The position numbers and the translations under genes are program-made. The notes beneath the pieces were generated by a model that made no database searches, was not told the DNA's origin, and was given only the letters and a program-made list of their open reading frames with translations. Shown here in pieces: positions 1-9,787 of a DNA stretch of 64,000 nucleotides. The stretch lies in the NCBI GenBank assembly GCA_022599915.1, contig JAHZLH010000026.1, positions 88,201-152,200 on the forward strand. Reading direction: 5' to 3'. The stretch comes from Actinomycetes bacterium (GTDB lineage: Bacteria > Actinomycetota > Actinomycetes > S36-B12 > GCA-2699445). Every line of letters starts with the position of its first letter. Within the stretch, counting starts at the first letter, position 1.

Positions 1-55
1 CCAGTTCGCCAGCGGTCACCGGCTCCGGATCAGCGGGGGTGACGCGGGAGGGCAT
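1..55 (-). CDS. 5' end of an unidentified CDS that runs off the left edge (MPSRVTPADPEPVTAGEL...)
   Basis: ATG at 55-53 on the minus strand, open to position 1, about 28 nt downstream of the tatB stop. Too short to identify. Confidence 0.3.
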   Translation of the reverse strand, partial: MPSRVTPADPEPVTAGEL

Positions 56-83
56 GACTTGACGCTAGCCGGTCTGCGGCAAA

Positions 84-431
84 TCAGGGGGCGTCCGGAT
101 CGAAGTCGCCCAACTTCCCCGAGGAAGCTTTCGAGGCAGACCCGTTGGCCGACGACCCGTTGCTGCCAACTTCTCCGGTGACATCGTCCACCACCGATCC
201 CATGATCCGTTTGGGGTGCAACTCGGCGAGGTCGTTCATCGTCTGCTTAGTCGCCTCGTTGTCCAGACCCGCCGCGTCTTGTAGCGACTTGGTCGCATCC
301 GCTGCCGAACTGCGCAGCGAACGGATGCCCGCGGCCAGCGACTGAATCGCTTTAGGGAGTCGATCCGGGCCGAACACCAGCAGGCCGAGGATTGCGATAA
401 CCGCGATCTCACCCATGCCGATGTTGAACAT
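84..431 (-). CDS. tatB: Tat (Sec-independent) translocase subunit, TatA/B family. Its position right after htrA suggests TatB.
   Basis: N-terminus MFNIGMGEIAVIAILGLLVFGPDRLP is the TatA/B TM-hinge-amphipathic helix signature. 115 aa with a disordered tail. Confidence 0.8.
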   Translation of the reverse strand: MFNIGMGEIAVIAILGLLVFGPDRLPKAIQSLAAGIRSLRSSAADATKSLQDAAGLDNEATKQTMNDLAELHPKRIMGSVVDDVTGEVGSNGSSANGSASKASSGKLGDFDPDAP

Positions 432-499
432 GCTGTCAGCCTACGTCCTTCGCTGCCGCGGTACTACTCGTCTGGGTCGTCGGGTCAGTCCGTGGCGGC

Positions 500-1963
500 C
501 TACTCGTCGGCGCTCCCTAGCTTCACTCGAACGTCGCCTTTACCCTTGATCTCTAGGGTGACCGTGTCACCGGGGCGTTGGGTCCGGATGGCCACCACAA
601 GTTCGTTGGCATCGTTGACGGGTTCACCATTCACTCCCACGATGATGTCGCCCGGTTTGAGGTTAGTCCCAGACGATGGCCCGTCAGGTGAGATCGACTC
701 CACCTTGGCGCCGTCACCGGTGTAGGTGGTGTCGAGCGTGACACCAATGATCGGGGTACTGGAGGAACCAGTGGCAATGATCTCTTCAGCGATTCGTTTG
801 GCTTGATTGATCGGAATGGCAAAGCCCAACCCGATCGAACCCGCTTCATTGGCAGAGGCCACTGTGGCAATGGCTGAGTTGATCCCGATCACTCGGCCCT
901 CAGCATCCAGCAACGGGCCACCAGAGTTACCCGGGTTGATAGCGGCGTCCGTCTGCAGTGCGGAGATAAAGGACTCCTCACCACGGCCACCGGCGGTGAC
1001 CGGTCGGTTGAGAGCCGAAACGATACCGGTCGTCACCGTGCCGCTGAGACCCAGTGGTGATCCGATCGCCACGACCGGGTCACCCACTCGCACCGCATCT
1101 GAATTACCCAGTGGAGTGGGCTGTAACCGATTCGCGCTGATCTTGACCACGCCAATGTCGTAGGACTGACTAAGACCGACGATCTCGCCAGTGACGCTTT
1201 CCTGGTTGTCGAAGACCACCGTGATCTTGCCCCCGTTTGCCGCCGGGGCAATCACGTGGTTGTTGGTGAGCACGTAGCCGTCGGAGTTAAGGATGAAGCC
1301 CGAACCAGTCGCGGCTTGGCCACGGCCTTCAACCGCTAACGAGACCACTGTGGGTAGTGTGGCCGCGGCAATCGCAGCGACTGTGCCCTCTTTAAGAGGT
1401 GGCGCGTCTGCCGACGGCTGCGGCAGGTCAATCCCGGCAGTGGCGGGACCGGTGGCCTGCAGCCGTTCGGCAACGCCATAGGAAACTGCTCCCCCGAGCA
1501 GTCCGGCGACTAGGCCAACTGCCGCCGCAATAGCGACCGTGCGACCAGAGATTCCGCCCGTGCCAGAGCCGATGGGCTGAACCACGCCAGTCTGGTAGCC
1601 GGCCGCCACTGGCTGAGGCTGCGGAGCCGTTGCGGTGGGGTCAGAGGTGGTCGTGTAGTCGGCCGTCGAGTAGCCCGCCTGGCTGGGCGCGGCGGGGGTG
1701 TACGGAGCCGAGGCGGCGATCCCGGCAACCTCCCAGCCTGGCGCTGTCGACCAGTTGGCTGGTTCGGTGGCGGGCGCGGCAACCTCTTCGGTGGGTTGAG
1801 CTACCGGTTCGGTGGCGTAACTGGGCTGCTGCTCGTAGTCGTCCACTTGACCCTCGCCGGGCGCCACGGTGCCTTCGGCTGGGACCGGATCGACTGGAAT
1901 TTCCGAGCCGTCTGCATAACGAGGTCGACCCGCAGGGTCGGGCCAAGATTCGCGGTCTGACAT
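500..1963 (-). CDS. htrA: HtrA/PepD-type serine protease with a C-terminal PDZ domain, one TM segment and a long Pro/Ala/Thr-rich N-terminal region
   Basis: Catalytic motifs LTNNHV and NPGNSGGPLLD. GGAGG SD 4 nt before the ATG at 1963. Confidence 0.9.
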   Translation of the reverse strand: MSDRESWPDPAGRPRYADGSEIPVDPVPAEGTVAPGEGQVDDYEQQPSYATEPVAQPTEEVAAPATEPANWSTAPGWEVAGIAASAPYTPAAPSQAGYSTADYTTTSDPTATAPQPQPVAAGYQTGVVQPIGSGTGGISGRTVAIAAAVGLVAGLLGGAVSYGVAERLQATGPATAGIDLPQPSADAPPLKEGTVAAIAAATLPTVVSLAVEGRGQAATGSGFILNSDGYVLTNNHVIAPAANGGKITVVFDNQESVTGEIVGLSQSYDIGVVKISANRLQPTPLGNSDAVRVGDPVVAIGSPLGLSGTVTTGIVSALNRPVTAGGRGEESFISALQTDAAINPGNSGGPLLDAEGRVIGINSAIATVASANEAGSIGLGFAIPINQAKRIAEEIIATGSSSTPIIGVTLDTTYTGDGAKVESISPDGPSSGTNLKPGDIIVGVNGEPVNDANELVVAIRTQRPGDTVTLEIKGKGDVRVKLGSADE

Positions 1964-2070
1964 GAGGCCTCCGTCGCCGTGCTAACCGGGGGCGGATAGC
2001 CTAACCCGCCACCTATACCCTATGTCTGCGGGAACCGTGGCGCCAACGCCGCAGCCCAGGGGAGGTAATC

Positions 2071-2721
2071 ATGACTGACGTAGCCGCTATATCTGCACCC
2101 AATGCAGCCAGCTACGCCTTCGCCGACGGGTACGTTGCGGAGGAGGAACCACTGACGCGGGCACGGGAGCGCGCGGCTGAACTCGGCTGCGCACCCATCG
2201 GAGCCGGTAGCGGTGCGCTGCTGCGCTTCATCGCCCGGTCCATCCAGGCCAAGCATGTGGTGGAGATTGGAACCGGGACCGGGGTCTCATCGCTGTATCT
2301 CCTCAACGGCATGGCTGAGGACGGCGTGCTCACCTCGATCGACATTGAGGTGGAGCACCAGCGGGTCGCTAAAGAAACGCTTTCTACTGCAGAAATCCCT
2401 GCTGGCCGTTTTCGGTTGATCGCTGGCCGCGCCATGGAAGTACTCCCCCGACTGACCGACGGCGCCTACGACATGGTGTTGGTCGACGCGGATAAGTCCG
2501 AATACACGCTGTACTTCGAGCAAGCACTGCGGTTGCTGCGCTCCGGTGGTGTCATCGCGTTCGACAACGCCCTCTGGCACGATCGGGTCGCAGATCCGGC
2601 GCAACGCGATGAAGAGACCGTTGCGCTTCGTGATTTGGTCACCATGATCCGGGGTCACGAGGGCCTCACACCAGTACTTGCACCCGTGGGCGACGGCCTG
2701 TTGCTTGCGGTCATTGATTAA
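2071..2721 (+). CDS. Class I SAM-dependent O-methyltransferase (caffeoyl-CoA OMT-like)
   Basis: SAM motif VVEIGTGTGVSSLYL. GGGGAGG SD upstream of the ATG. Confidence 0.85.
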   Translation: MTDVAAISAPNAASYAFADGYVAEEEPLTRARERAAELGCAPIGAGSGALLRFIARSIQAKHVVEIGTGTGVSSLYLLNGMAEDGVLTSIDIEVEHQRVAKETLSTAEIPAGRFRLIAGRAMEVLPRLTDGAYDMVLVDADKSEYTLYFEQALRLLRSGGVIAFDNALWHDRVADPAQRDEETVALRDLVTMIRGHEGLTPVLAPVGDGLLLAVID

Positions 2722-2813
2722 CGCTCCGACACGAAAAACCGGCTACTGCTCCGCTGAACCGTTCCAATCGGGAATAATAGGCGGAAGCAGGCATCCGAAC
2801 TGAAGGGACTGAC

Positions 2814-2981
2814 ATGGCGGCCATGAAGCCCAGGACCGGGGACGGCCCACTTGAGGTCACCAAAGAAGGGCGCGGCATCATCATGCGCGTGCCACTCGAA
2901 GGTGGCGGCCGGCTCGTGGTCGAATTGACCGCCGACGAGGCCAAAGATCTCGGAGCTCAGCTCAGCGATACTGCTGGCTGA
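2814..2981 (+). CDS. Small conserved actinobacterial protein, DUF3117 family (55 aa)
   Basis: My own translation: MAAMKPRTGDGPLEVTKEGRGIIMRVPLEGGGRLVVELTADEAKDLGAQLSDTAG. It matches my memory of the DUF3117 consensus. Absent from the ORF track because it is under 60 aa. Confidence 0.8.
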   Translation: MAAMKPRTGDGPLEVTKEGRGIIMRVPLEGGGRLVVELTADEAKDLGAQLSDTAG

Positions 2982-3001
2982 CCGCCAGATCACCGGTACT
3001 C

Positions 3002-4432
3002 ATGCCCGAGAAACCAGGGCGTCCCGGCACCAACCGCCCCGAGCATCTCCTCGATTTGCGCATCAGCGCGGTTGCAGATCGCGAATTGCCAGTTGCCGAG
3101 CGGCTAATCGTTGCACTCCCCGCTGATGACCTGTCGGCGAGCCAACGGAAAAAGTGCGCCGACCTGCTCGGTCTCGATACTGCTGACGCAGTTGATCCAG
3201 CAGGTGATTCTCCGGAACAGGTGCGCTTCCTGGCCGCCAACGACAACCTGTTCGCCCAGGGCGCCGCAGCAGCCAACGATTTAGCCAAGACCGGTCCAGC
3301 CGACATCTACCTCCCCGCGGCAACAGCCGATCACGCCCGCCGATTCACTATCGGGCTCGTCCGCGGATCGCAGCGGTTCCCCATCGATGCTGGCCCCATG
3401 ACCACTGAGCTCTTCCTCGATCGCTCCACTACTGTCCCGGCAGCGGAGCAAGGTCGCACGGTCGGCCAGCGAGTACTACTCGCTCGCCGATTGGGGAATG
3501 AGCCAAGCAACGTGAAGGATCCACAGTGGCTAGCCGGCCAGGCAGTGGAACTGGCCGGTCGGGGGCTGCGAGTCACCGTCTGGGATCAGGACGAGTTGCA
3601 GCGACGCGGCTTCACCGGGCTCACAACAGTAGGAGCGGGTAGCGCTTCACCGCCGCTATTGGTCACTATGGACTATCGGGGGGCTACCGGTGATCCAGTG
3701 GTGCTGGTGGGTAAGGGCATCACCTTTGACACCGGCGGCCTTTCGCTCAAGCCAGCGGCCGGAATGCCGCTCATGAAGACCGACATGACCGGCGCGGCGG
3801 CGGTCATGGGCGCAATGGCAGCGATCCGGGACCTGCGACTCCCGATCCGCGTCGTGGGCCTATTGGCAGTGGCAGAGAACATGCCCAGCGGCACCGCGAT
3901 GCGGCCGGGTGACGTTATTCGCCACTACGGCGGTCGCAGCACTGAGATCCTCAATACCGATGCCGAAGGCCGGTTGGTACTGGCAGATTGCCTGGCTTAT
4001 GCAGCCGCGCGACTCAAACCCCGCTACCTCGTGGACTTGGCATCCCTCACTGGAGCGGCGACCCTTGGCCTGGGTCGGCAACATGCTGCGCTGTACGGCA
4101 CTGACGAACGACTGCTGCGAAGCCTCGAATCTGCTGCTGAGGCCAGCGGAGACGCGGTCTGGCGAATGCCGCTGGTGCCGGAATATCGAGCGGCTATCGC
4201 TTCCACCGTGGCAGATGCGGCCAACACCAACACATTGCCGGGCATCTCGGCCGGCTCCATCACCGCGGCGCTCTTCCTGCAGCCTTTTGCCGAGAATGCT
4301 CCGTGGGCACATCTCGACATCGCCGGTGCCGCTCGCGCAGATGCTGATCGCTCCGATACCAAACGCGGCGCGACCGGCTTCGGAGTAAGCCTGCTGACTA
4401 GTTGGCTCACCGACCTCGCGAAGAGCGGCTAG
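3002..4432 (+). CDS. pepA: M17 family leucyl aminopeptidase
   Basis: Motifs VGKGITFDTGG and NTDAEGRLVLAD. Exact start uncertain. Confidence 0.85.
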   Translation: MPEKPGRPGTNRPEHLLDLRISAVADRELPVAERLIVALPADDLSASQRKKCADLLGLDTADAVDPAGDSPEQVRFLAANDNLFAQGAAAANDLAKTGPADIYLPAATADHARRFTIGLVRGSQRFPIDAGPMTTELFLDRSTTVPAAEQGRTVGQRVLLARRLGNEPSNVKDPQWLAGQAVELAGRGLRVTVWDQDELQRRGFTGLTTVGAGSASPPLLVTMDYRGATGDPVVLVGKGITFDTGGLSLKPAAGMPLMKTDMTGAAAVMGAMAAIRDLRLPIRVVGLLAVAENMPSGTAMRPGDVIRHYGGRSTEILNTDAEGRLVLADCLAYAAARLKPRYLVDLASLTGAATLGLGRQHAALYGTDERLLRSLESAAEASGDAVWRMPLVPEYRAAIASTVADAANTNTLPGISAGSITAALFLQPFAENAPWAHLDIAGAARADADRSDTKRGATGFGVSLLTSWLTDLAKSG

Positions 4433-4725
4433 TCTCGCTGATCAGCTGCAGGCGCTGATTGCTCAGCTGCTGCTGAGTCTGCCTCGGCGACTTCCAGTTG
4501 CGCTGCCAAGTGGCGCAACACGTCATCGACATCCTCCATCCGATAGCCGCGCAGTCCCACCCGGAACTCCATGGTGCGGATATCGTCAGCCCGCCAGGGC
4601 TGTGGTGGCAACGATGGGCGTGCTGGTCTGCCGGAGCCGGCCAGGCTAGCGTCCCAGCGTCCCACCAGCACTAGTGCAGCTCCTAGGACGACCAAGACCA
4701 CCAGAATCAGGAAAACTACAGCCAT
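4429..4725 (-). CDS. Membrane-anchored DivIVA-domain protein
   Basis: N-terminal TM segment (VVFLILVVLVVLGAALVLV) followed by FRVGLRGYRMEDVDDVL, a DivIVA N-terminal-type motif. Confidence 0.6.
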   Translation of the reverse strand: MAVVFLILVVLVVLGAALVLVGRWDASLAGSGRPARPSLPPQPWRADDIRTMEFRVGLRGYRMEDVDDVLRHLAAQLEVAEADSAAAEQSAPAADQRD

Positions 4726-4834
4726 CCTGCAACCCTTCGAAGTATCTCGGAACTTCTTTACCTTGCCTACCTAGTATGCCGTGCGGTCTGGTGAATCACC
4801 GGCGCGATCAGCAATGTTTCCCTAGCGTGGGGTC

Positions 4835-5626
4835 GTGGCCCCCATCCCACCACCTCGACGCCAGATCGGCCCGTTATCCGCGCGGCCGGAACGACTACGC
4901 ACCACCACTTACGATCAACGGCTCCTGGATACCAGGGCCCCACGGGCGGGCTGGACGTCGGCGGACCCGTGGCGGGTTATGCGGATCCAGGCTGAATTCG
5001 TCGAGGGTTTCGGGGCACTCGCCGAACTCGGTCCGGCCGTCAGCGTCTTCGGTAGCGCTCGCACCGCCCCAGATCATCCGAACTATGCCCTAGCCCGAAA
5101 AGTGGGCGGGCTACTCGCTGAAGCGGGTTACGCCGTCATCACCGGCGGCGGTCCGGGATTGATGGAGGCAGCCAACCGAGGGGCCCTCGAGCACGGCGGT
5201 CGATCGGTGGGGCTCGGCATCGAGCTGCCGTTCGAGCAGCACCTCAACGACTATCTGGACGTGGCCATCAACTTTCGCTACTTCTTCGCCCGCAAAACCA
5301 TGTTCGTGAAGTACGCCCATGGCTTCATCGTGTTGCCCGGCGGATTCGGCACGCTGGATGAGCTCTTCGAAGCGTTGACGTTGGTTCAGACTGGCAAGAT
5401 CACCCGGTTCCCGCTGGTACTGATGCGCACCAACTACTGGGCGGGACTGTTGGACTGGGTGGGTCAGGAACTGATCGGTGAGGGCATGATTCATCCCAAC
5501 GAGTTGGATTTGGTGGAAGTCACCGATTCACCGGAGGAAGCCGTAGCGACGATCGTGGCTGCTGACCGGGCGCGTGCGGAAGACCCAGCGGCGGTCGACC
5601 CCACCGAAGACGGCTTGATCTGGTAG
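4835..5626 (+). CDS. LOG family (TIGR00730) nucleotide 5'-monophosphate nucleosidase-like protein
   Basis: Motifs GGGPGLMEAANRGA and PGGFGTLDELFE. GTG start uncertain. Confidence 0.85.
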   Translation: MAPIPPPRRQIGPLSARPERLRTTTYDQRLLDTRAPRAGWTSADPWRVMRIQAEFVEGFGALAELGPAVSVFGSARTAPDHPNYALARKVGGLLAEAGYAVITGGGPGLMEAANRGALEHGGRSVGLGIELPFEQHLNDYLDVAINFRYFFARKTMFVKYAHGFIVLPGGFGTLDELFEALTLVQTGKITRFPLVLMRTNYWAGLLDWVGQELIGEGMIHPNELDLVEVTDSPEEAVATIVAADRARAEDPAAVDPTEDGLIW

Positions 5627-5628
5627 CA

Positions 5629-6711
5629 CTAGACCGAGCCGGTTAGCCAAGCGCGCATGTCGGCTTCGCAACTGAGCAGGTCAGCCTCTGGGACTCGTTC
5701 ATCTACCGCGTGAGCCAACCCCGGGTCGCCGGGGCCATAGTTCACCGCAGGGACACCCATCGCGGCGAACCGGGACACATCTGTCCAGCCGAACTTGGGC
5801 TGCGGTTCGCCACCCACGGCGGCGAGAAAGTCCCGCGCGGCGGGTTGTGCTAATCCGGGCAGGGCCCCGGGTGCCAAGTCCACGACCGTGACGTCAAACC
5901 CGTCAAACACCTCGACTAGATGAGCAATCGCTTCCTCTGACGAGAGGCTGGGCGCGAACCGATAGTTGACCTCGACCGCGCAACTATCCGGGATCACATT
6001 GCCCGCAATTCCGCCATGAATCCGCACGGCGTTCAGACCCTCGCGGTATTCCAGCCCGTCCACCTCAACCCGTCGCGGTTGATAGTCAGTCAGCCGCTGC
6101 AGTATCTCGGTTGCTGAGTGAATGGCGTTGTCGCCCAACCAGGAGCGAGCGCTGTGAGAACGAACTCCGGTCACCGATACCTCAGCGCGCAGTGTGCCTT
6201 GACAACCTGCTTCCACCTGAGCGTTTGATGGCTCCATCAGGATGGCGAAGTCGGCGGCTAGCAGTTCCGGGTGCGACTGGGACAGTTTCTGTAGGCCGTT
6301 GTGCTCTGCTGCGACTTCTTCGCATTCGTAGAACAGGTAGGTGACATCGTGAGTAGGCTCGGTGACCCCCGCAGCCAGCCGCAGCGCTACCGCCACGCCG
6401 CCCTTCATGTCACAAGTACCCAGGCCGTGCAGGAATCCGGCTTCCCGCCGGCACGGCAGATTGCCAGCCGACGGCACCGTATCTAGGTGCCCGCCGATCA
6501 CGACCCGCTCGGATCGACCCAAGTCGGTGCGGGCAATGACGTTGTTGCCAATGCGCTCCACGGTGAGGTGCTCGTATCGCGCCAAGGCAGCGGTCACCGC
6601 CTCAGCCAGCACCTCCTCTTCATGGGATTCGCTGGGAATATCCACCAGACTCGTGGTCAGCGAAACCACATCGGAATCCAGATCGAGGTGCGGAAACTGC
6701 TCAGAGGTCAC
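5629..6711 (-). CDS. dapE: Succinyl-diaminopimelate desuccinylase (M20 family)
   Basis: M20 metal-binding motifs (GHLDTVP, CDMKGG). Divergent from dapD, as in other actinobacteria. Confidence 0.85.
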   Translation of the reverse strand: MTSEQFPHLDLDSDVVSLTTSLVDIPSESHEEEVLAEAVTAALARYEHLTVERIGNNVIARTDLGRSERVVIGGHLDTVPSAGNLPCRREAGFLHGLGTCDMKGGVAVALRLAAGVTEPTHDVTYLFYECEEVAAEHNGLQKLSQSHPELLAADFAILMEPSNAQVEAGCQGTLRAEVSVTGVRSHSARSWLGDNAIHSATEILQRLTDYQPRRVEVDGLEYREGLNAVRIHGGIAGNVIPDSCAVEVNYRFAPSLSSEEAIAHLVEVFDGFDVTVVDLAPGALPGLAQPAARDFLAAVGGEPQPKFGWTDVSRFAAMGVPAVNYGPGDPGLAHAVDERVPEADLLSCEADMRAWLTGSV

Positions 6712-6728
6712 ACAGGTACGGTAGCGAG

Positions 6729-7670
6729 GTGAGCGAAACGACCCCCACCCCAGTCACTGGATCCGCTGCTGGAATCGGCCTAGCCACCGCTGCCGACGAC
6801 GGCATTTTGGATGTTTGGTACCCCAATCCCAGCCTCGGCGATACCGCCGACGACGTCCCCGACATTGCCACCGGAATCCACACCGATGACATTCGCGGCG
6901 TGTCAGTACGGACGATGCAGACGGTGATCGCCGATCTGCAAGTTCCCCCCGAGAATGTTGCAGACGCCTACCTGCGACTCCACTTGCTGTCGCATCGGCT
7001 GGTGCAACCTCGGACGATCAATCTCGACGGAATCTTCGGAATCTTGCCCAACGTCGCCTGGACTAACTTGGGCCCAGTTCCGCTGGCGGCACTCACCACG
7101 GCACGAATCCGTGCTCGCGCCCACGGCTCGGTCCTGACTGTGCTGTCCGTCGACAAATTCCCGCGGATGGTCGATTACGTGGTCCCAGAGGGCGTACGAG
7201 TCGGTGATGCCGACCGGGTTCGTCTGGGAGCGCACTTGGCGGTAGGCACCACGGTGATGCACGAGGGTTTCGTGAACTTCAACGCTGGCACGCTGGGTAC
7301 CTCGATGGTGGAAGGACGCATTTCCGCAGGGGTAGTTGTCGGCGACGGTAGTGACATTGGTGGTGGCGCCTCGATCATGGGAACGCTGTCCGGCGGCGGC
7401 AAAGAAGTCATTACCGTCGGGGCTGGCAGCCTGATCGGAGCGAATGCTGGCTGCGGTATCTCGCTGGGGGACAACTGCATCATCGAAGCTGGCTGCTACG
7501 TCACGGCCGGGGCGAAAATCACCTTGCCCGATGGCGCCGTGGTGGCGGCGCGGGAATTGTCTGGGTCACCGGACCTGCTCTTTCGCCGCAACAGTGTTTC
7601 CGGCGCATTGGAAGCGGTCTCCCGAACCGGGTCTTGGGGTGGGCTCAACGCGGCGCTACATAGCAACTGA
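6729..7670 (+). CDS. dapD: 2,3,4,5-tetrahydropyridine-2,6-dicarboxylate N-succinyltransferase
   Basis: Left-handed beta-helix hexapeptide repeats in the C-terminal half. Actinobacterial long DapD architecture. dapE is the neighbour. Confidence 0.85.
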   Translation: MSETTPTPVTGSAAGIGLATAADDGILDVWYPNPSLGDTADDVPDIATGIHTDDIRGVSVRTMQTVIADLQVPPENVADAYLRLHLLSHRLVQPRTINLDGIFGILPNVAWTNLGPVPLAALTTARIRARAHGSVLTVLSVDKFPRMVDYVVPEGVRVGDADRVRLGAHLAVGTTVMHEGFVNFNAGTLGTSMVEGRISAGVVVGDGSDIGGGASIMGTLSGGGKEVITVGAGSLIGANAGCGISLGDNCIIEAGCYVTAGAKITLPDGAVVAARELSGSPDLLFRRNSVSGALEAVSRTGSWGGLNAALHSN

Positions 7671-7676
7671 GTGCCG

Positions 7677-8309
7677 TCAGACGCCACACTCTTGCGTGAA
7701 TGCGCGGTATTTGCGGGTGGCGCGAGGTTTGGCCAGCAGCCGAAGTGGTGCTGGCAGCAGCCGCCAGGTTTCTGTGACCACACCCTGGGGTGCGCCCTCA
7801 CAGATCCACGCCAACGCAATGTCAAAGTTTTGCTGGGAGCGGACCGACAGCCACAATTGTTGGATGTCGGATTCGGTCAAGTACTTGGCCAAGATCGGGA
7901 CGGCAGCCTGTTCCTCATGCAGACAGTGCCCGGTCAGGACCAACTCCAGTTCATCCCACCGAGCCAGCGCAACATCCCGATCGGCATCGGTTCTCAGCTC
8001 CGCCATCGCCTGGCTTAATCCGGTCACCGCGTCTTCCACCGCTTCATGCTCGGCAGCCATAGCGACCAGCACGACTCGTTCTTCGGCCGTAGCCGCTGCT
8101 TCGACCGGCGGCCATAGGTAGGTGTCTTCGTTGTCATGATGATCAGTCAACTGCGCGGCGAAGAACTCCCAGCGAAGATGCAGTCCGGCCAATGCGCTGG
8201 GATCGGCGAGATCAACGCCAACTACTGCGGCCCGTAGGCGTCTCACCTCACGCAACAGCGCCTGATGCACTGCAGAGTTGATCTTGAAACTACTTAGCGG
8301 TACGGCCAT
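7677..8309 (-). CDS. Hemerythrin-domain protein
   Basis: H/E/D-rich helices (HQALLREV, HHDNEDTYLWP, EHEAVED, HCLHEEQ) typical of hemerythrin-like cation-binding domains. Confidence 0.6.
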   Translation of the reverse strand: MAVPLSSFKINSAVHQALLREVRRLRAAVVGVDLADPSALAGLHLRWEFFAAQLTDHHDNEDTYLWPPVEAAATAEERVVLVAMAAEHEAVEDAVTGLSQAMAELRTDADRDVALARWDELELVLTGHCLHEEQAAVPILAKYLTESDIQQLWLSVRSQQNFDIALAWICEGAPQGVVTETWRLLPAPLRLLAKPRATRKYRAFTQECGV

Positions 8310-8403
8310 GCCCGGGTGTTCACCTCCCTGCCAATCCAGCGACTGCGTTTCCGCTCAGTCTAGAGGTTTCGGCCGGTCACGCCACGATTATCGGAACCTG
8401 CGA

Positions 8404-9690
8404 CTAGCGGTTGCCGATCGGAAGGTAGTTACGCTCAACTTCGCCAACGTACACCTGGCGCGGCCGCCCAATCCTGGTCTGCGGGTCGGTGATCATCTCG
8501 CGCCATTGCGCGATCCACCCGGGCAGTCGACCCAACGCAAACATCACCGTGAACATCCGCGCCGGGAAGCCCATCGCCTTGTAGATCAGCCCGGTATAGA
8601 AGTCGACATTGGGATAGAGGCTGCGAGAGACGAAGAAATCGTCGGCCAAGGCCGCCTCTTCCAACCGCAAGGCAATGTCCAACAGCGGATCATTGACGTT
8701 CAAGGCCTTGAACACCTCGTGCGCCTTCTGTTTGATGATGGCTGCCCGCGGATCATAGTTCCGATACACCCGGTGGCCGAAGCCCATCAGCCGGATGCCT
8801 CGCTCCCGGTTCTTCACCTGCCGGATGAACGTCTTGACCCCGCCACCGGAGGCATGGATACCTTCCAGCATCTCCAAGACCGCCTGGTTCGCACCACCGT
8901 GCAACGGGCCGAAAAGCGCGTTGATTCCGGCTGACACGGACGCGAACATGTTGGCGTGCGAAGAGCCCACCAATCGAACTGTCGAGGTGGAGCAGTTCTG
9001 CTCGTGATCTGCGTGCAGAACTAGCAGCATGTCCAGTGCCTCCACTACGACCGGATCAACTTCGTAGTCGGCAGCAGGGACACCAAAAGTCATTCGCAGG
9101 AAGTTGTGAATGTAATCCAGCGAGTTCTGCGGGTACAGATACGGCTGTCCCACTGACTTTTTGTAGGCGTAGGCCGCGATGGTTGGCAGTTTCGCCAGCA
9201 GCCGGATAGTGGAGATTTCCACCTGCTCTTCGTCTAGTGGGTCGAGTGAGTCCTCGTAGAACGTGGACAACGCGCTAACGGCGCTAGACAGCACCGGCAT
9301 TGGATGGGCGTTACGTGGAAAGCCGTCGAAGAGTCGGCGCAGATCTTCATGCAGCAGCGTGTGCATCGTGATCCGGCCGGTGAAGTCTGCCAACTCGGTA
9401 GCGGAGGGCAGTTCGCCGTAGATCAACAGATAAGCGACTTCCAGATAGGTGGAGTGTTTAGCAAGTTGCTCAATCGGGTAGCCCCGGTACCGCAGAATCC
9501 CTTCACCGCCGTCGATATAGGTGATAGCGGATTCACAGGAAGCGGTGTTGACGAAACCGACATCGAGCGCCACCTTGCCGGTTGTGCTGAGCAAATCGGA
9601 AATTCCTAGCCCGTCGCCTCCGTCGCTAGCTGGAATCCGGGGCAAATCCAATTCGCCGTCCCCGTAGGACAACACCGCTCCATCGGTCAC
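8404..9690 (-). CDS. gltA: Type II citrate synthase
   Basis: Signature GFGHRVYRNYDPRA. I moved the start to the GTG at 9690, which has GAGGAG 6 nt upstream. The track ORF extends to 9771. Confidence 0.9.
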   Translation of the reverse strand: MTDGAVLSYGDGELDLPRIPASDGGDGLGISDLLSTTGKVALDVGFVNTASCESAITYIDGGEGILRYRGYPIEQLAKHSTYLEVAYLLIYGELPSATELADFTGRITMHTLLHEDLRRLFDGFPRNAHPMPVLSSAVSALSTFYEDSLDPLDEEQVEISTIRLLAKLPTIAAYAYKKSVGQPYLYPQNSLDYIHNFLRMTFGVPAADYEVDPVVVEALDMLLVLHADHEQNCSTSTVRLVGSSHANMFASVSAGINALFGPLHGGANQAVLEMLEGIHASGGGVKTFIRQVKNRERGIRLMGFGHRVYRNYDPRAAIIKQKAHEVFKALNVNDPLLDIALRLEEAALADDFFVSRSLYPNVDFYTGLIYKAMGFPARMFTVMFALGRLPGWIAQWREMITDPQTRIGRPRQVYVGEVERNYLPIGNR

Positions 9691-9787
9691 AGCGACCTCC
9701 TCGCTCGTCAACTCTTCTTTTCCCCTCCCACCGTAGTCAGCCCACCCAAACCTCCGTCGGGTGGCCCACAAATCTGCTGCGGCTGGC

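Noticed and set aside
1991-2009. IdeR/DtxR-like iron box (ggcGGaTAGCCTAACCcgc) in the htrA/O-methyltransferase spacer
   Set aside because: Only 12 of 19 positions match the TTAGGTTAGCCTAACCTAA consensus and both outer arms are lost. That is below what I would accept without a scoring matrix.
8278-8934. 218-aa plus-strand ORF inside gltA. Similar long antisense ORFs occur at 10163..10894, 29320..30033, 48976..49644 and 54848..55585.
   Set aside because: Each lies entirely antisense to a gene with clear family motifs. The products are Arg/Pro/Gly-rich with no recognisable domains. Such shadow ORFs are expected in GC-rich DNA.
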